From Candidatus Sericytochromatia bacterium (GTDB lineage: Bacteria > Cyanobacteriota > Sericytochromatia > S15B-MN24 > VGJW01), in NCBI GenBank assembly GCA_035285865.1, contig JAYKHS010000026.1, forward strand, positions 32,001 to 96,000: a DNA stretch of 64,000 nucleotides, given 5' to 3'. Position numbers and translations under genes: made by a program. Shown here one piece after another: positions 28,279 through 37,365 of the stretch. The notes beneath the pieces are model-generated. The model was not told the DNA's origin. It did not search any database and saw only the letters and a program-made list of their open reading frames with translations. Each line of letters begins with the position of its first letter. Position 1 is the first letter of the stretch.

Positions 28279-29177
28279 TGCGCACGTCCCGCACCGCGCG
28301 CGGCCAAGCCATGGTCGAGTTTGCCCTCGTTCTGCCGCTGTTGTTGCTGCTGACTTTCGGCACCATCGAACTGGGGCTTGCGGTCCAGCACAGGCTCGTT
28401 CTGACAGGGACGGCCTTCGTTGCGGCCCGTGTGGCGGCCGTGCACGGCGAGACGGCCGATGCCGGCGTGCGCAAGGTCGTCGAGACTTACGCCGCCGATG
28501 CCGGTTCGGCATGGCTGACCGGCGCCAAACCAGAGCTCGATCGCGGAAACAGCGGGGTCCGTGTCCGGATCTCGCGGAAGGACGAGGGCTTCACGCCCGC
28601 GCTGGTCGGAGCGATGGTCGCCAGCGGGGGGCGGCCGCCGCAGCGGGGTGGGTGGACCGTTGCTGCGGTGGTGCGCCCCGAGTTCGTGCCTGGCAGGCTG
28701 CGACGCGGTGCAGCGCAGGTGCCCACGGATCTGCAGGTGGACTACCGCGTCTCCCTGCCAGGTCTCGAGCGCATCAAGGGCATCGGCGACATCGTGCGGA
28801 AGATGCCCGGCGGGACATCGGGCGCGGAACTCGCGCTTGCCGCCGATCCCGTGACGCAAGCGACGCTGGCGAATCCGATGGACCGCAACGGCACGGTCTC
28901 CCCGAGCAAGCGCTACGTGTCCCCCGAGAATGAGGAGCAGGCCTTTCGTCAGGCCCAGCGTCTCGCCGAGGGCTTCGACCAGCTCGACAAGGTGGTCAAG
29001 GCGTTCTACGCGTCCTATGTCGTGGCGGCGACCGTTCCCGGCTCCACCGGCGTCGACGCGACCCTCGGCGCCATCGCGACCGCCTTTGCCCAAGTGGACA
29101 GGGCCGTCTCGTTGGCGGGCACCGCGGAGCAGTTGGAGAAGGCCCAGAAGGCTTTCTTCGGCGGGGCTGTCCGATGA
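28275..29177 (+). CDS. tadE: TadE-like pseudopilin with long C-terminal extension
   Basis: RGQAMVEFALVLPLLLLLTFGTIELG; ATGA overlap. Confidence 0.85.
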   Translation: MMRTSRTARGQAMVEFALVLPLLLLLTFGTIELGLAVQHRLVLTGTAFVAARVAAVHGETADAGVRKVVETYAADAGSAWLTGAKPELDRGNSGVRVRISRKDEGFTPALVGAMVASGGRPPQRGGWTVAAVVRPEFVPGRLRRGAAQVPTDLQVDYRVSLPGLERIKGIGDIVRKMPGGTSGAELALAADPVTQATLANPMDRNGTVSPSKRYVSPENEEQAFRQAQRLAEGFDQLDKVVKAFYASYVVAATVPGSTGVDATLGAIATAFAQVDRAVSLAGTAEQLEKAQKAFFGGAVR

Positions 29178-30046
29178 TGTTGCGCAGGGGACCGCGAGGG
29201 CAGGCCCTCGTCTACTTCACCCTCGTGTTGGCAGTCATCGTGGGCGTGCTCTATGCGACCTATGACCTCGCGCGCCTCACGACGGCCAAGATGCAGGCCC
29301 AGACGGCAGTGGACGCCGCGGCGCTCGCGGGTTCCTCCGTCAAGGTATCGGTCCACCATACGCGTGCGCTCGCCTATGCCGCGATGACGGGACAGGCCAC
29401 GCTGGCTCGTCTGAAGTTCGCCAAGGCGCTCGCGGTCGTCGGTGCCCAGCCCCCCGTGCCGGGGCAGCCCTATCTCGCTGCCAAGGAATTCGACAAGTGG
29501 GTGGGTGAGGCTCAGGCGCACGTCACGAAGTTGCGTCGTCTGCGGGCGGGACTCGTGGCTTATAACGCCTGGGTCGCCCGGGAGGGGCCGGAGATCGTCG
29601 CGGATGCCGCACGGCTCGCCTTCAATGCCAATGTCTCCGGCATGAATGCCGCCATCGGCGAGGGGAGTGCTGCGAATGCCCGCAATCTGGCGTTGCTTGC
29701 CGGCCCGAAGAATCTGCCCGAGAACGGAGGCCAGTTCGCTTCCGGTCGTTTCGTGGGTGGTGTCAACTATCCCGGCGAGTCGGCAGGTGCCGGTGGTTCG
29801 TCGGGCAAGACCCTGGTATGGGCGGAGCCGGTCTACCGGCCCCTCGGGTCTGCCCTGCTGGGCGCGTCGCATCCGCTTGCGTTGCCCTCGGTCGCAGCAG
29901 CTGGCATCGTGCCGGCAAGCGAACTCAAGGCCGTCGAGCCCGGTTCGGGGGATGCCGAACTCGCGGGTTTCGGTTTCCGCTGGTACGCCCCTCGGCTCTT
30001 CCAGGTCGGTGGCGTCAACGGGTATCCCCATGAACTGCTTCATTGA
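29174..30046 (+). CDS. tadG: TadG-like pseudopilin
   Basis: RGQALVYF...MQAQTAVDAAALAG Tad-domain signature. Confidence 0.82.
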   Translation: MMLRRGPRGQALVYFTLVLAVIVGVLYATYDLARLTTAKMQAQTAVDAAALAGSSVKVSVHHTRALAYAAMTGQATLARLKFAKALAVVGAQPPVPGQPYLAAKEFDKWVGEAQAHVTKLRRLRAGLVAYNAWVAREGPEIVADAARLAFNANVSGMNAAIGEGSAANARNLALLAGPKNLPENGGQFASGRFVGGVNYPGESAGAGGSSGKTLVWAEPVYRPLGSALLGASHPLALPSVAAAGIVPASELKAVEPGSGDAELAGFGFRWYAPRLFQVGGVNGYPHELLH

Positions 30047-30686
30047 CCGTCGGCAACCGCGTGGGCAGGCGTTGGTCGAGATGGCTGTCGTGCTGCCCGT
30101 GGGCGTCTTGCTGCTGTTGTTGGTCGGTTACATGGGCAAGGGGCTGCTCGAGCGGCAGCAAGTCGTGATGGCGGCCCGGCACGCCGCACGCTCCGTCGCA
30201 CATCAGGCCTTGGCCCCCACGGTGGCCAAGGTCACGGGAGCTGGTGTCGTGCAGGCATCCGTCGGCCTGGCGGGGCGGAGTGCGGCCGTCAAGGAGTTGT
30301 TGCCCGAGGGCACCGCGGCGCAGCCCGACTGGGGTCAGGCCGTCGCGGGCACGGCCACGAGCAGATTGCGCCCGAGGCCCCTCGGGGCCGGGGCGATGGG
30401 TTACATGGCGACCCATGTGCAACAGGTCGAAGGCCGCGCCATGACTTTCGGTCTGGGGTTCGTGCTGTATGGTGCCAAGGCCGATAGTCGCCTGCGCCTG
30501 CTGGAGCCCGTCCGCAAGCAGGCCCAAGGTGTCGCGCGTCAGGTCGGGAAGCCGCCGTCCTTACTGGCTGCGCCGCTGACGGTTTCGGCCCAGGCCTTCA
30601 TGCCGGGTGAACTGCCCGTGCACCATCCGCAAGTCGGCCTGCTCGAGAACAACCGGTGGATCCGCGACATCGTGGAGGGCCCTTGA
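30030..30686 (+). CDS. TadE/TadF-like pseudopilin
   Basis: RGQALVEMAVVLP...AARHAAR. Confidence 0.82.
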   Translation: MNCFIDRRQPRGQALVEMAVVLPVGVLLLLLVGYMGKGLLERQQVVMAARHAARSVAHQALAPTVAKVTGAGVVQASVGLAGRSAAVKELLPEGTAAQPDWGQAVAGTATSRLRPRPLGAGAMGYMATHVQQVEGRAMTFGLGFVLYGAKADSRLRLLEPVRKQAQGVARQVGKPPSLLAAPLTVSAQAFMPGELPVHHPQVGLLENNRWIRDIVEGP

Positions 30687-31024
30687 TTCTGCCTGTCCTC
30701 GTCGCCTCGGCGACCGTGCTGCCCGATTTGCCCCGCTGCGCGGGCGTCTCCTGGGGGGGCAAGGGTGCCGCGCGCTGGGCGCGCCTGTCCGGAGCCGAGC
30801 GTGTCGCGCTGGATCGCTTCGAGGCGTGCTGGCGTCGCGCGGGATGGCAGGCCGAGATTGATCCGCAGGTGCTTGATGGCGATGCTGCGCCGGGTCGCCT
30901 GCGGCTGTGGCGAAAAGGGGTTTGGCGTGCCACGGTCTTTTCGGTGCGTGACGCCGGAGGGCGTGCGCTATGCTTGGTCGTGACGGATCGGGACAGCCGG
31001 AAATCGGCCCCGGGAGGGCATTGA
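30683..31024 (+). CDS. hypothetical protein in the tad operon
   Basis: TTG start overlapping the upstream stop; fills the gap to cpaB. Confidence 0.55.
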   Translation: MILPVLVASATVLPDLPRCAGVSWGGKGAARWARLSGAERVALDRFEACWRRAGWQAEIDPQVLDGDAAPGRLRLWRKGVWRATVFSVRDAGGRALCLVVTDRDSRKSAPGGH

Positions 31025-31027
31025 GCG

Positions 31028-32080
31028 ATGTCGGATCTGCGTGCCAAGTTGCGGCGTCCAGAGGGCGATGAACCGGCGGATGCGGGAGCCTCGGCCAGCG
31101 GGGGCAAGGCCCTGCGGCGCAGCAAGGCGCCTGCCGCTCGCAGTGGCCGTCAGGCGAAGGCGACTGCTCGTCCCGGGCTCCTCGAGGGACTCGACGTCAA
31201 TCGTCGGTTGCTCCTCGCGGCCGGTGGCCTCGCAGCCGTGGCGGCCCTGTTGGCCGTCACCTATCTCTCGGATGCCTCGGCGCGCATCGCGGGTGCAGGA
31301 GCCAAGGTCAAGGTCTGGGTCGTGGCCCGCGACTTGCCTGCACGGCATGCTTTGGCCGAGGGTGACGTCGAGGAGCGCGAGGTGCCGGCCGTCTATCTGG
31401 CCGGACCCCACGTCACCGCCGACAAGACCGTATTGGGGCGGGTCACGACGACACCGCTCTGGCCCGGCGAGGTCCTGCTCGAGGGGCGCGCCGTGCCCGC
31501 GGGAGCGGCCACGGGCGTGACTCCGCGGATCGGTCGGGGCGAGCGCGGCTTCATCTACGTTCCCGATGGCTTGCAGGACGTGCCCCTGGTGCGACCCGAC
31601 GACCGGGTCGATCTGGTGGCCACCGTTCCTGAGGCCGAGGGCAGCGGCCGACTCGTGTCGCGGCCGGTGGTCCACGGCGCACGCGTCATCGGTGTCGGGG
31701 ATCGCTTCACCGCCGAGGCGACCGAGTCCGCGACCGGTCCGAGCGGGGCGATCACGCTGGCCGTGCCGCAGGGACGCGTCCAGTTGCTGGCGGTGCTTGC
31801 GGAAGCAGGACGTCTCCATTTCATCCTGCGGGCGGCTGGGGACACGGGATCGGGCGCTCAGCCGGACATTCGCGAGTTGGAGCGTCTGGTCCTCGGTCAG
31901 GTCGCGCGTCCGAGCTCACCTCGTGCGGCACCGCCGCGCACAGTCGTCAAGGTGGTCCGGGCACCAGCCCCGGCGCCTCGCGTCGTGCGTGTCCAGGCCC
32001 CTGCTCCGCGCCCGCCTGTCCGTCGCGCACCCATAGTCGAGATCTACAACGGTGCCTCGCGCCAGGGTTCGGGCAACTGA
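31028..32080 (+). CDS. cpaB: Flp pilus assembly protein CpaB/RcpC
   Basis: TM, then SAF domain (VWVVARDLPA...GEVLL) and RcpC-like PDDRVDLVAT...ARVIGVG. Confidence 0.9.
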   Translation: MSDLRAKLRRPEGDEPADAGASASGGKALRRSKAPAARSGRQAKATARPGLLEGLDVNRRLLLAAGGLAAVAALLAVTYLSDASARIAGAGAKVKVWVVARDLPARHALAEGDVEEREVPAVYLAGPHVTADKTVLGRVTTTPLWPGEVLLEGRAVPAGAATGVTPRIGRGERGFIYVPDGLQDVPLVRPDDRVDLVATVPEAEGSGRLVSRPVVHGARVIGVGDRFTAEATESATGPSGAITLAVPQGRVQLLAVLAEAGRLHFILRAAGDTGSGAQPDIRELERLVLGQVARPSSPRAAPPRTVVKVVRAPAPAPRVVRVQAPAPRPPVRRAPIVEIYNGASRQGSGN

Positions 32081-32117
32081 GGGGCCGTCTGCAGGGGTAT
32101 AGAGGGGTGACGCAGCC

Positions 32118-33143
32118 ATGACCCGACGCCTCCTTCCCATCATTGCCGCTATCCTGGCACCCCTGGCCCCGTGGCCGGGTGGTGGCGACAGTCTTCATCC
32201 AGCCGCGCACGCGGCCGTAGCCGACCTGACGGTCCGTCAGGGCAATACGACGGTTTTTCGCGTCCCGCGGGGCGCGACCCGTGTGGCCATCGGTGATTCC
32301 TCCGTCGCGGCCGTCACGCTCATCCAGGACGGTACGGGCGAGAACCTCCTCATCGAGGGCCGCAAGCCTGGCCTCACGAACTTCCTGGTCTGGACGGCCG
32401 TAGGCAAGGTGCCTGCCAACTATCGCCTGGAGGTCCTGTCAGGCCGCCGTACCGAGACCGTCGTGATTCGGGTCCAGGTCTGGGAACTGCTCAAGGGCGA
32501 AGACAGCCAGTCGGGCATCCGCTGGTCGGAGGGGCTTTCTTTCCAGGAGGCTCCGCCTTCGACGCCCTTCTCGCTCGGCTTCCCGGTCCGGGCAGGGGTG
32601 CTCGAAGCGCGCCTGCAGGCTCTGGCTCAGGCCAAGCGCGCCCAGCTCGAGGCGTCGCCAACCCTGCTGGCGCTTTCGGGGCAGGAGAGTCGGTTCCTCT
32701 CCGGGGGCGAGCTGCCCGTGGTCGTTCAGACACCGAACACGGTCGCAGTGGATTGGAAGCCCTTCGGTGTCGGCCTGAAAGTCACGCCTGTGGTCGAGGG
32801 TGAGGAGATCCTGTTGCGCATCAAGCCCGAGGTCTCCAGCATCGATCGCCTGAACGGGGTCCAGACGGGCAACTTCAACATCCCGGCCATCGCGACGCGC
32901 ATGGCCGAGACCCAGGTCGCGGTCCGTCCCGGGCAGGAGATCGTTCTTGCCGGGTTGAAGCGCAGGACCATGCGTGCCGTGACCAGCCGCGTGCCGTTGC
33001 TGGGCTGGCTACCGGGCGTGGGTGCGCTCTTCACGTCGACCCAGCAGGAGGAAGAGGAGGGCGAACTGGTTTTCCTTGTCACGCCCACCCTGTTCAAGGA
33101 CGGCGAGGCCATGCCCGAGAAGGGCTACGGCAAGCCGAGATGA
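32118..33143 (+). CDS. cpaC: Tad secretin CpaC/RcpA (compact)
   Basis: RVAIGDSSVA, GRKPGLTNFLVW, PTLLALSGQESRFLSGGELP, FGVGLKVTP, VPLLGWLPGVGALF. Confidence 0.9.
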   Translation: MTRRLLPIIAAILAPLAPWPGGGDSLHPAAHAAVADLTVRQGNTTVFRVPRGATRVAIGDSSVAAVTLIQDGTGENLLIEGRKPGLTNFLVWTAVGKVPANYRLEVLSGRRTETVVIRVQVWELLKGEDSQSGIRWSEGLSFQEAPPSTPFSLGFPVRAGVLEARLQALAQAKRAQLEASPTLLALSGQESRFLSGGELPVVVQTPNTVAVDWKPFGVGLKVTPVVEGEEILLRIKPEVSSIDRLNGVQTGNFNIPAIATRMAETQVAVRPGQEIVLAGLKRRTMRAVTSRVPLLGWLPGVGALFTSTQQEEEEGELVFLVTPTLFKDGEAMPEKGYGKPR

Positions 33144-35239
33144 CGGCTCCGCGGCTGACGGTGATGCTGTCCGCCAGAGGCGGGACCGGTCGCAGCATCC
33201 TCGCGGCCAATCTGGCTTTGGCCCTGATGCGACGCAACCGGCAGCCCGTCTGGCTGTGGGACGGGGACGAGTTGACGGGCGGCTTCCAGGCCGATGCCTT
33301 CGATCTGCAGGGAGCGCATCCGCACTGGGGGGAGGTGCTGCGCCATGGGCAGCCTCTGGCCGGAGCCGTCGTGCGACATGCCTCCGGCCTCGATCTTCTG
33401 CCGGCACCTCCCATCGGCTGGGGCGCGCCGCTTGAGGCAGTGTCCCTTGCCACACGGGTCCGGGAGGTTGCGGCCGCTCACGTGGTCGTGGATCTTTCGG
33501 GCGTGGGGCTGGCCGAGCACCAGTTGGCCTGGCTGGACCTGGCGTCGGCCGTGGTCTTGGTCGTGACTCCGGACATTCCTTCCCTCACGGCCACGCGGCA
33601 CCTACTGGAGCATCTGAGGACGCAGCATGCGGTGCTCGACCGCCTGATGCTCGTCGTCAACCGTTCGGGTCTGGTCCAGGACATCTCGCCTGGTGATGTG
33701 GCCCAGGAGCTGGGTCTCGAGCTGGTACAGGCCGTGCCCTTCGAGTCTGCTGTCGTGTCGGCGCTGAACCGGGGCGTTCCCTTGTTGGCTGCTGCGACGC
33801 CACCGGCGACGGCCTTCGGCAAGGCGATGCTTGCTCTGGCGCAGGCCGTGCAGGTTCCGCCGGCGAGGGACTGGGCGACCATGGGGTGCAAGCCGGCAAT
33901 GCGCAGCGTGGCTCGAGCTGATCAAGACCACCCGGCCGAGGCTTCCGTCGCGCTCGTGCCGGTCGAGACGGCCTGGCGCGAGGGCCACGCCGAGGTTCGG
34001 CAGCGCCTCCATCGGATGCTGGTCGAAGAGCTGAAGCGGATGGATGTCGGTCTCGATCGCCTGTCCGATCCGCAGCACCGGCAGGAAATCCGGCGGCAGG
34101 TCCAGCGGACGGTCGCCGATCTCATCGAGAGTCTGCCCGAAGCTGCGGCCATGGGTCGAGAAGAGCGTGGTGCACTCGCTCGGGATCTCACGGACGAATC
34201 GGTGGGTTATGGCCCCCTCGAGCGCTTCCTGGCCGACCCGGCCATCAGCGAGATCATGGTCAACGGTCCGGGGCGGATATTCGTCGAGCGCGAGGGCCGT
34301 CTGCAGCAGGTACACGACCGCTTCACGGACGAGATCCAGTTGCGCGTCGTCATCGATCGCATCGTTGCGCCCCTCGGTCGACGGGTCGACGAGAGCAGTC
34401 CCATGTGCGATGCCCGCCTGCCGGATGGCAGCCGCGTCAACGTCATCATTCCGCCCCTCGCGCTGCGCGGCGCCACCATCACCATCCGGAAGTTCCCGCT
34501 GCGGCGCCTGACCATGGACCATCTCGTCCAGTACGGCTCCCTCACGCCCGAAATGGCCGGTTTTCTCAGGCAGTGCGTCCGGGCCCGCCTCAATGTCTTC
34601 ATCAGCGGTGGCACGGGCTCCGGCAAGACCACGCTGCTGAATGTCCTTTCCTCGTTCATCCCCGACGAGGAGCGCATCGTGACCATCGAGGACGCAGCGG
34701 AACTGCAATTGGCCCAGAGCCATGTCGTGCCCTTGGAGGCTCGTCCCGCCAATCTGGAGGGCGTGGGTGCCGTGCCGATCCGGGATCTCGTGCGGAATTC
34801 GCTGCGCATGCGGCCCGATCGCATCGTCGTGGGTGAGGTCCGTGGCGGCGAAGCCCTCGACATGCTGCAGGCCATGAATACCGGCCATGACGGCTCGCTG
34901 GCCACGGGCCACGCCAACTCGCCGAGGGATGCCATGGCCCGTATCGAGACGATGGTCCTCATGGCCGGCATGGATCTGCCTGTCCGGGCCATCCGTGAGC
35001 AGATCGCCAGCGCGCTCCACGTCGTGGTCCAGGTTTCCCGCCTCGCGGACGGCTCGCGCAAGATCACCCGGATTACCGAGGTCACGGGGCTTGAAGGCGA
35101 GACCCTGACGCTTCAGGATCTCTACAGCTTCGAGCAGACGGGCGTTGATGCCGGCGGCAGGGTACAGGGAGCCTTTCGGGCCTCGGGCCTTCGACCTCAG
35201 TTTGCCGAGGTCTTCGAGCGGTCAGGCGTCGGGCACTGA
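33140..35239 (+). CDS. cpaF: fused CpaE/TadZ (MinD-like) + CpaF/TadA ATPase
   Basis: N-terminal SARGGTGRSILAANLA; C-terminal SGGTGSGKTT, TIEDAAEL, LRMRPDRIVVGEVRG, MNTGHDG. Confidence 0.93.
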   Translation: MTAPRLTVMLSARGGTGRSILAANLALALMRRNRQPVWLWDGDELTGGFQADAFDLQGAHPHWGEVLRHGQPLAGAVVRHASGLDLLPAPPIGWGAPLEAVSLATRVREVAAAHVVVDLSGVGLAEHQLAWLDLASAVVLVVTPDIPSLTATRHLLEHLRTQHAVLDRLMLVVNRSGLVQDISPGDVAQELGLELVQAVPFESAVVSALNRGVPLLAAATPPATAFGKAMLALAQAVQVPPARDWATMGCKPAMRSVARADQDHPAEASVALVPVETAWREGHAEVRQRLHRMLVEELKRMDVGLDRLSDPQHRQEIRRQVQRTVADLIESLPEAAAMGREERGALARDLTDESVGYGPLERFLADPAISEIMVNGPGRIFVEREGRLQQVHDRFTDEIQLRVVIDRIVAPLGRRVDESSPMCDARLPDGSRVNVIIPPLALRGATITIRKFPLRRLTMDHLVQYGSLTPEMAGFLRQCVRARLNVFISGGTGSGKTTLLNVLSSFIPDEERIVTIEDAAELQLAQSHVVPLEARPANLEGVGAVPIRDLVRNSLRMRPDRIVVGEVRGGEALDMLQAMNTGHDGSLATGHANSPRDAMARIETMVLMAGMDLPVRAIREQIASALHVVVQVSRLADGSRKITRITEVTGLEGETLTLQDLYSFEQTGVDAGGRVQGAFRASGLRPQFAEVFERSGVGH

Positions 35240-36105
35240 TGGACCCGCGTCTGCTCGTCGTTTTCCTGCTGGCCTTCGTCTCGGCGGGCTTGCTGGCCGT
35301 CGTCGTGGCGCGTCGCTACGAGCAGAACCTGACCACTTTCCTTGAGGGCTATCTGGCGCGAACGCGCAAGGCCCTCGCCCGAACACGCAACCCGCTCTCC
35401 ACGGAGCGTTTCGCGCGCCAGCAGGCAGGCCTGACAGGCGCAGCCGGACTGCTGGGCTTCGTGCTGGGTGAGGGGCTTGCGAGTCGGGTCTTTCTTGCGG
35501 CATTGGCAGCGAGTGTGGTCTGGACCCTGACCAATCGTTGGCTGGACATGCTCTGGCAGCGGTACGTCAAGGAGTTCGAGGAGCAATTGCCCGATGCCGT
35601 GGGCGTGTTGGCCAATGCCGTCCGCTCCAGCTTCTCGGTGCAGCAGGCGCTCGACCTCGTGACTCAGGAATTCGCCGATCCCATGGGGGCCGAGGTCCGT
35701 GAGGTCATGCAAGAGCTCACGATGGGTGTCTCCTTCGACCAGGCCCTGCAGAATTGGTCTGACCGGATGAACCATGACGATCTGGACATCCTCTGCACGG
35801 CGCTCGTGATCCAGCGCCAGACCGGTGGCAATCTGGGTGAGATTCTCGACAATCTCGCCACGACCATGCGCGAGCGACGGCGCATTCAGGGGCAGATCCG
35901 CACGCTGACCACCCAGGGACGGTTCTCGGGAGCCATCCTCTCGTTCCTGCCCGTCGGACTCTATTTCGTGCTCCTGCTGATTGCCCCGGACCGCATGGGC
36001 GTGCTTTTCACCGAACCTCTGGGGTGGGTTCTCGTAACGATTTGCGTGGCGATGGTGACGGCGGGCAGTCTCGTCGTCCGCAAGATCGTGGCCTTGGACG
36101 TCTGA
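35239..36105 (+). CDS. tadB: Tad platform protein TadB
   Basis: FEEQLPDA, IQRQTGGNLGEIL, IRTLTTQGR. Confidence 0.92.
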   Translation: MDPRLLVVFLLAFVSAGLLAVVVARRYEQNLTTFLEGYLARTRKALARTRNPLSTERFARQQAGLTGAAGLLGFVLGEGLASRVFLAALAASVVWTLTNRWLDMLWQRYVKEFEEQLPDAVGVLANAVRSSFSVQQALDLVTQEFADPMGAEVREVMQELTMGVSFDQALQNWSDRMNHDDLDILCTALVIQRQTGGNLGEILDNLATTMRERRRIQGQIRTLTTQGRFSGAILSFLPVGLYFVLLLIAPDRMGVLFTEPLGWVLVTICVAMVTAGSLVVRKIVALDV

Positions 36106-37022
36106 TGCCCGTAGCGTTGATCTTCCTGCTGGTCTTCGGCGCGGTTTTCGGAGCCACGCTGCTTGGCGTCGTGGCTTTCTCCAAGCCGCAGAACCGCTCT
36201 CGGGTCCAGGCCCGCCTGAAGCGCGTGGCGCGGCCCGGATCCGCGCCACCCAGACCTCCTCGGGCCAAGACGGCACCTTTGCGGGTGCTTGAGGAGCGCC
36301 TGAAGCCCTTTGCCGTCGAGCGCCTTTCGGACGACCGTGCCACCGCCTTGCAGGCGCGGCTGCTGATGGCTGGCGACGATCACACCTCGCCGGCACGTTT
36401 CGTCGCGCGGCAGTGGATCTATGCAGCGCTGTTGCCCGTGGTCTTCCTGCTCGTCAACAGCGCTGCGTTTGAACTGCCTCCGATGGGTGCGGCCGTCGGG
36501 TTCGTGCTCGCGGGCGTGGCTGGATACCGGCTTCCGGCATCGCGTCTGGACCAGGCCATCGAGCAACGTCAGCAGGCCATCCTCAGGCAGCTGCCGACGA
36601 CGCTTGACCTTCTGACCACCTGCGTCGAGGCGGGCATGTCCCTGACTGCCGCCATGCAGAAGATCAGTGAGCGCATGCGCCCCCATCCGCTGCGTGACGA
36701 GATGGAGAAGACTCTGCGCCAGATGCAGCTGGGGCGCAGTCGCGGCGAGGCCCTGCGCGAGCTGGGGCGGCGGGTCGGCCTGAAGGAACTCAACAGCGTG
36801 GCCATCGCCATGGTGCAGGCCGAGACCATGGGCTCATCCATCGCCCGAACGCTGCGCATCCAGAGCGGCATCATCCGCGAGGCCAGGTGGCAGCGCGCTC
36901 AGGAGCTCGCGCAGAAGGCCCCCCTGAAGCTGGTCTTCCCGATAACGTTCCTGATCTTCCCCGTCATCTTCATCATCATCTTCGGGCCGCTCGTCCTGGG
37001 CATCCTGACGGGGAAGGCCTGA
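36105..37022 (+). CDS. tadC: Tad platform protein TadC
   Basis: LPTTLDLLTTCVEAG, RAQELAQKAPLKLVFP. Confidence 0.92.
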   Translation: MPVALIFLLVFGAVFGATLLGVVAFSKPQNRSRVQARLKRVARPGSAPPRPPRAKTAPLRVLEERLKPFAVERLSDDRATALQARLLMAGDDHTSPARFVARQWIYAALLPVVFLLVNSAAFELPPMGAAVGFVLAGVAGYRLPASRLDQAIEQRQQAILRQLPTTLDLLTTCVEAGMSLTAAMQKISERMRPHPLRDEMEKTLRQMQLGRSRGEALRELGRRVGLKELNSVAIAMVQAETMGSSIARTLRIQSGIIREARWQRAQELAQKAPLKLVFPITFLIFPVIFIIIFGPLVLGILTGKA

Positions 37023-37023
37023 G

Positions 37024-37365
37024 TTGCCCGCCCTTTGGCTGGGGGAACGGCCCGTGGTCAAGAGCCTGGAGGTGGCGCGGACGCCTTGGGCCAGGATGCG
37101 TGGTCTCGGCCTCCGGGAGCAGCTTGAGCCCGGGCAGGGGATGTTGCTGGTGCCCTGCAACAGCGTTCATACGTTCTGGCCTCGGTTCAGCCTGGACGTG
37201 TTGTTCCTTTCGCGGGACTTCCGTATCCTTAGGATCCTGCACGCGCTACCGCCCGGTCGCTTGTCACCTGTCGTCCTCAGGGCGAGGCAGGTCCTCGAGA
37301 TACCTGCCGGCCAGGCCCGTGTGCACGGGTTGGAGGAAGGCATGACGCTTAGGTGGGAGGCGTGA
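37024..37365 (+). CDS. DUF192 family protein
   Basis: ARTPWARMRGL, PCNSVHTF, LDVLFL, VLEIPAG. Confidence 0.85.
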   Translation: MPALWLGERPVVKSLEVARTPWARMRGLGLREQLEPGQGMLLVPCNSVHTFWPRFSLDVLFLSRDFRILRILHALPPGRLSPVVLRARQVLEIPAGQARVHGLEEGMTLRWEA

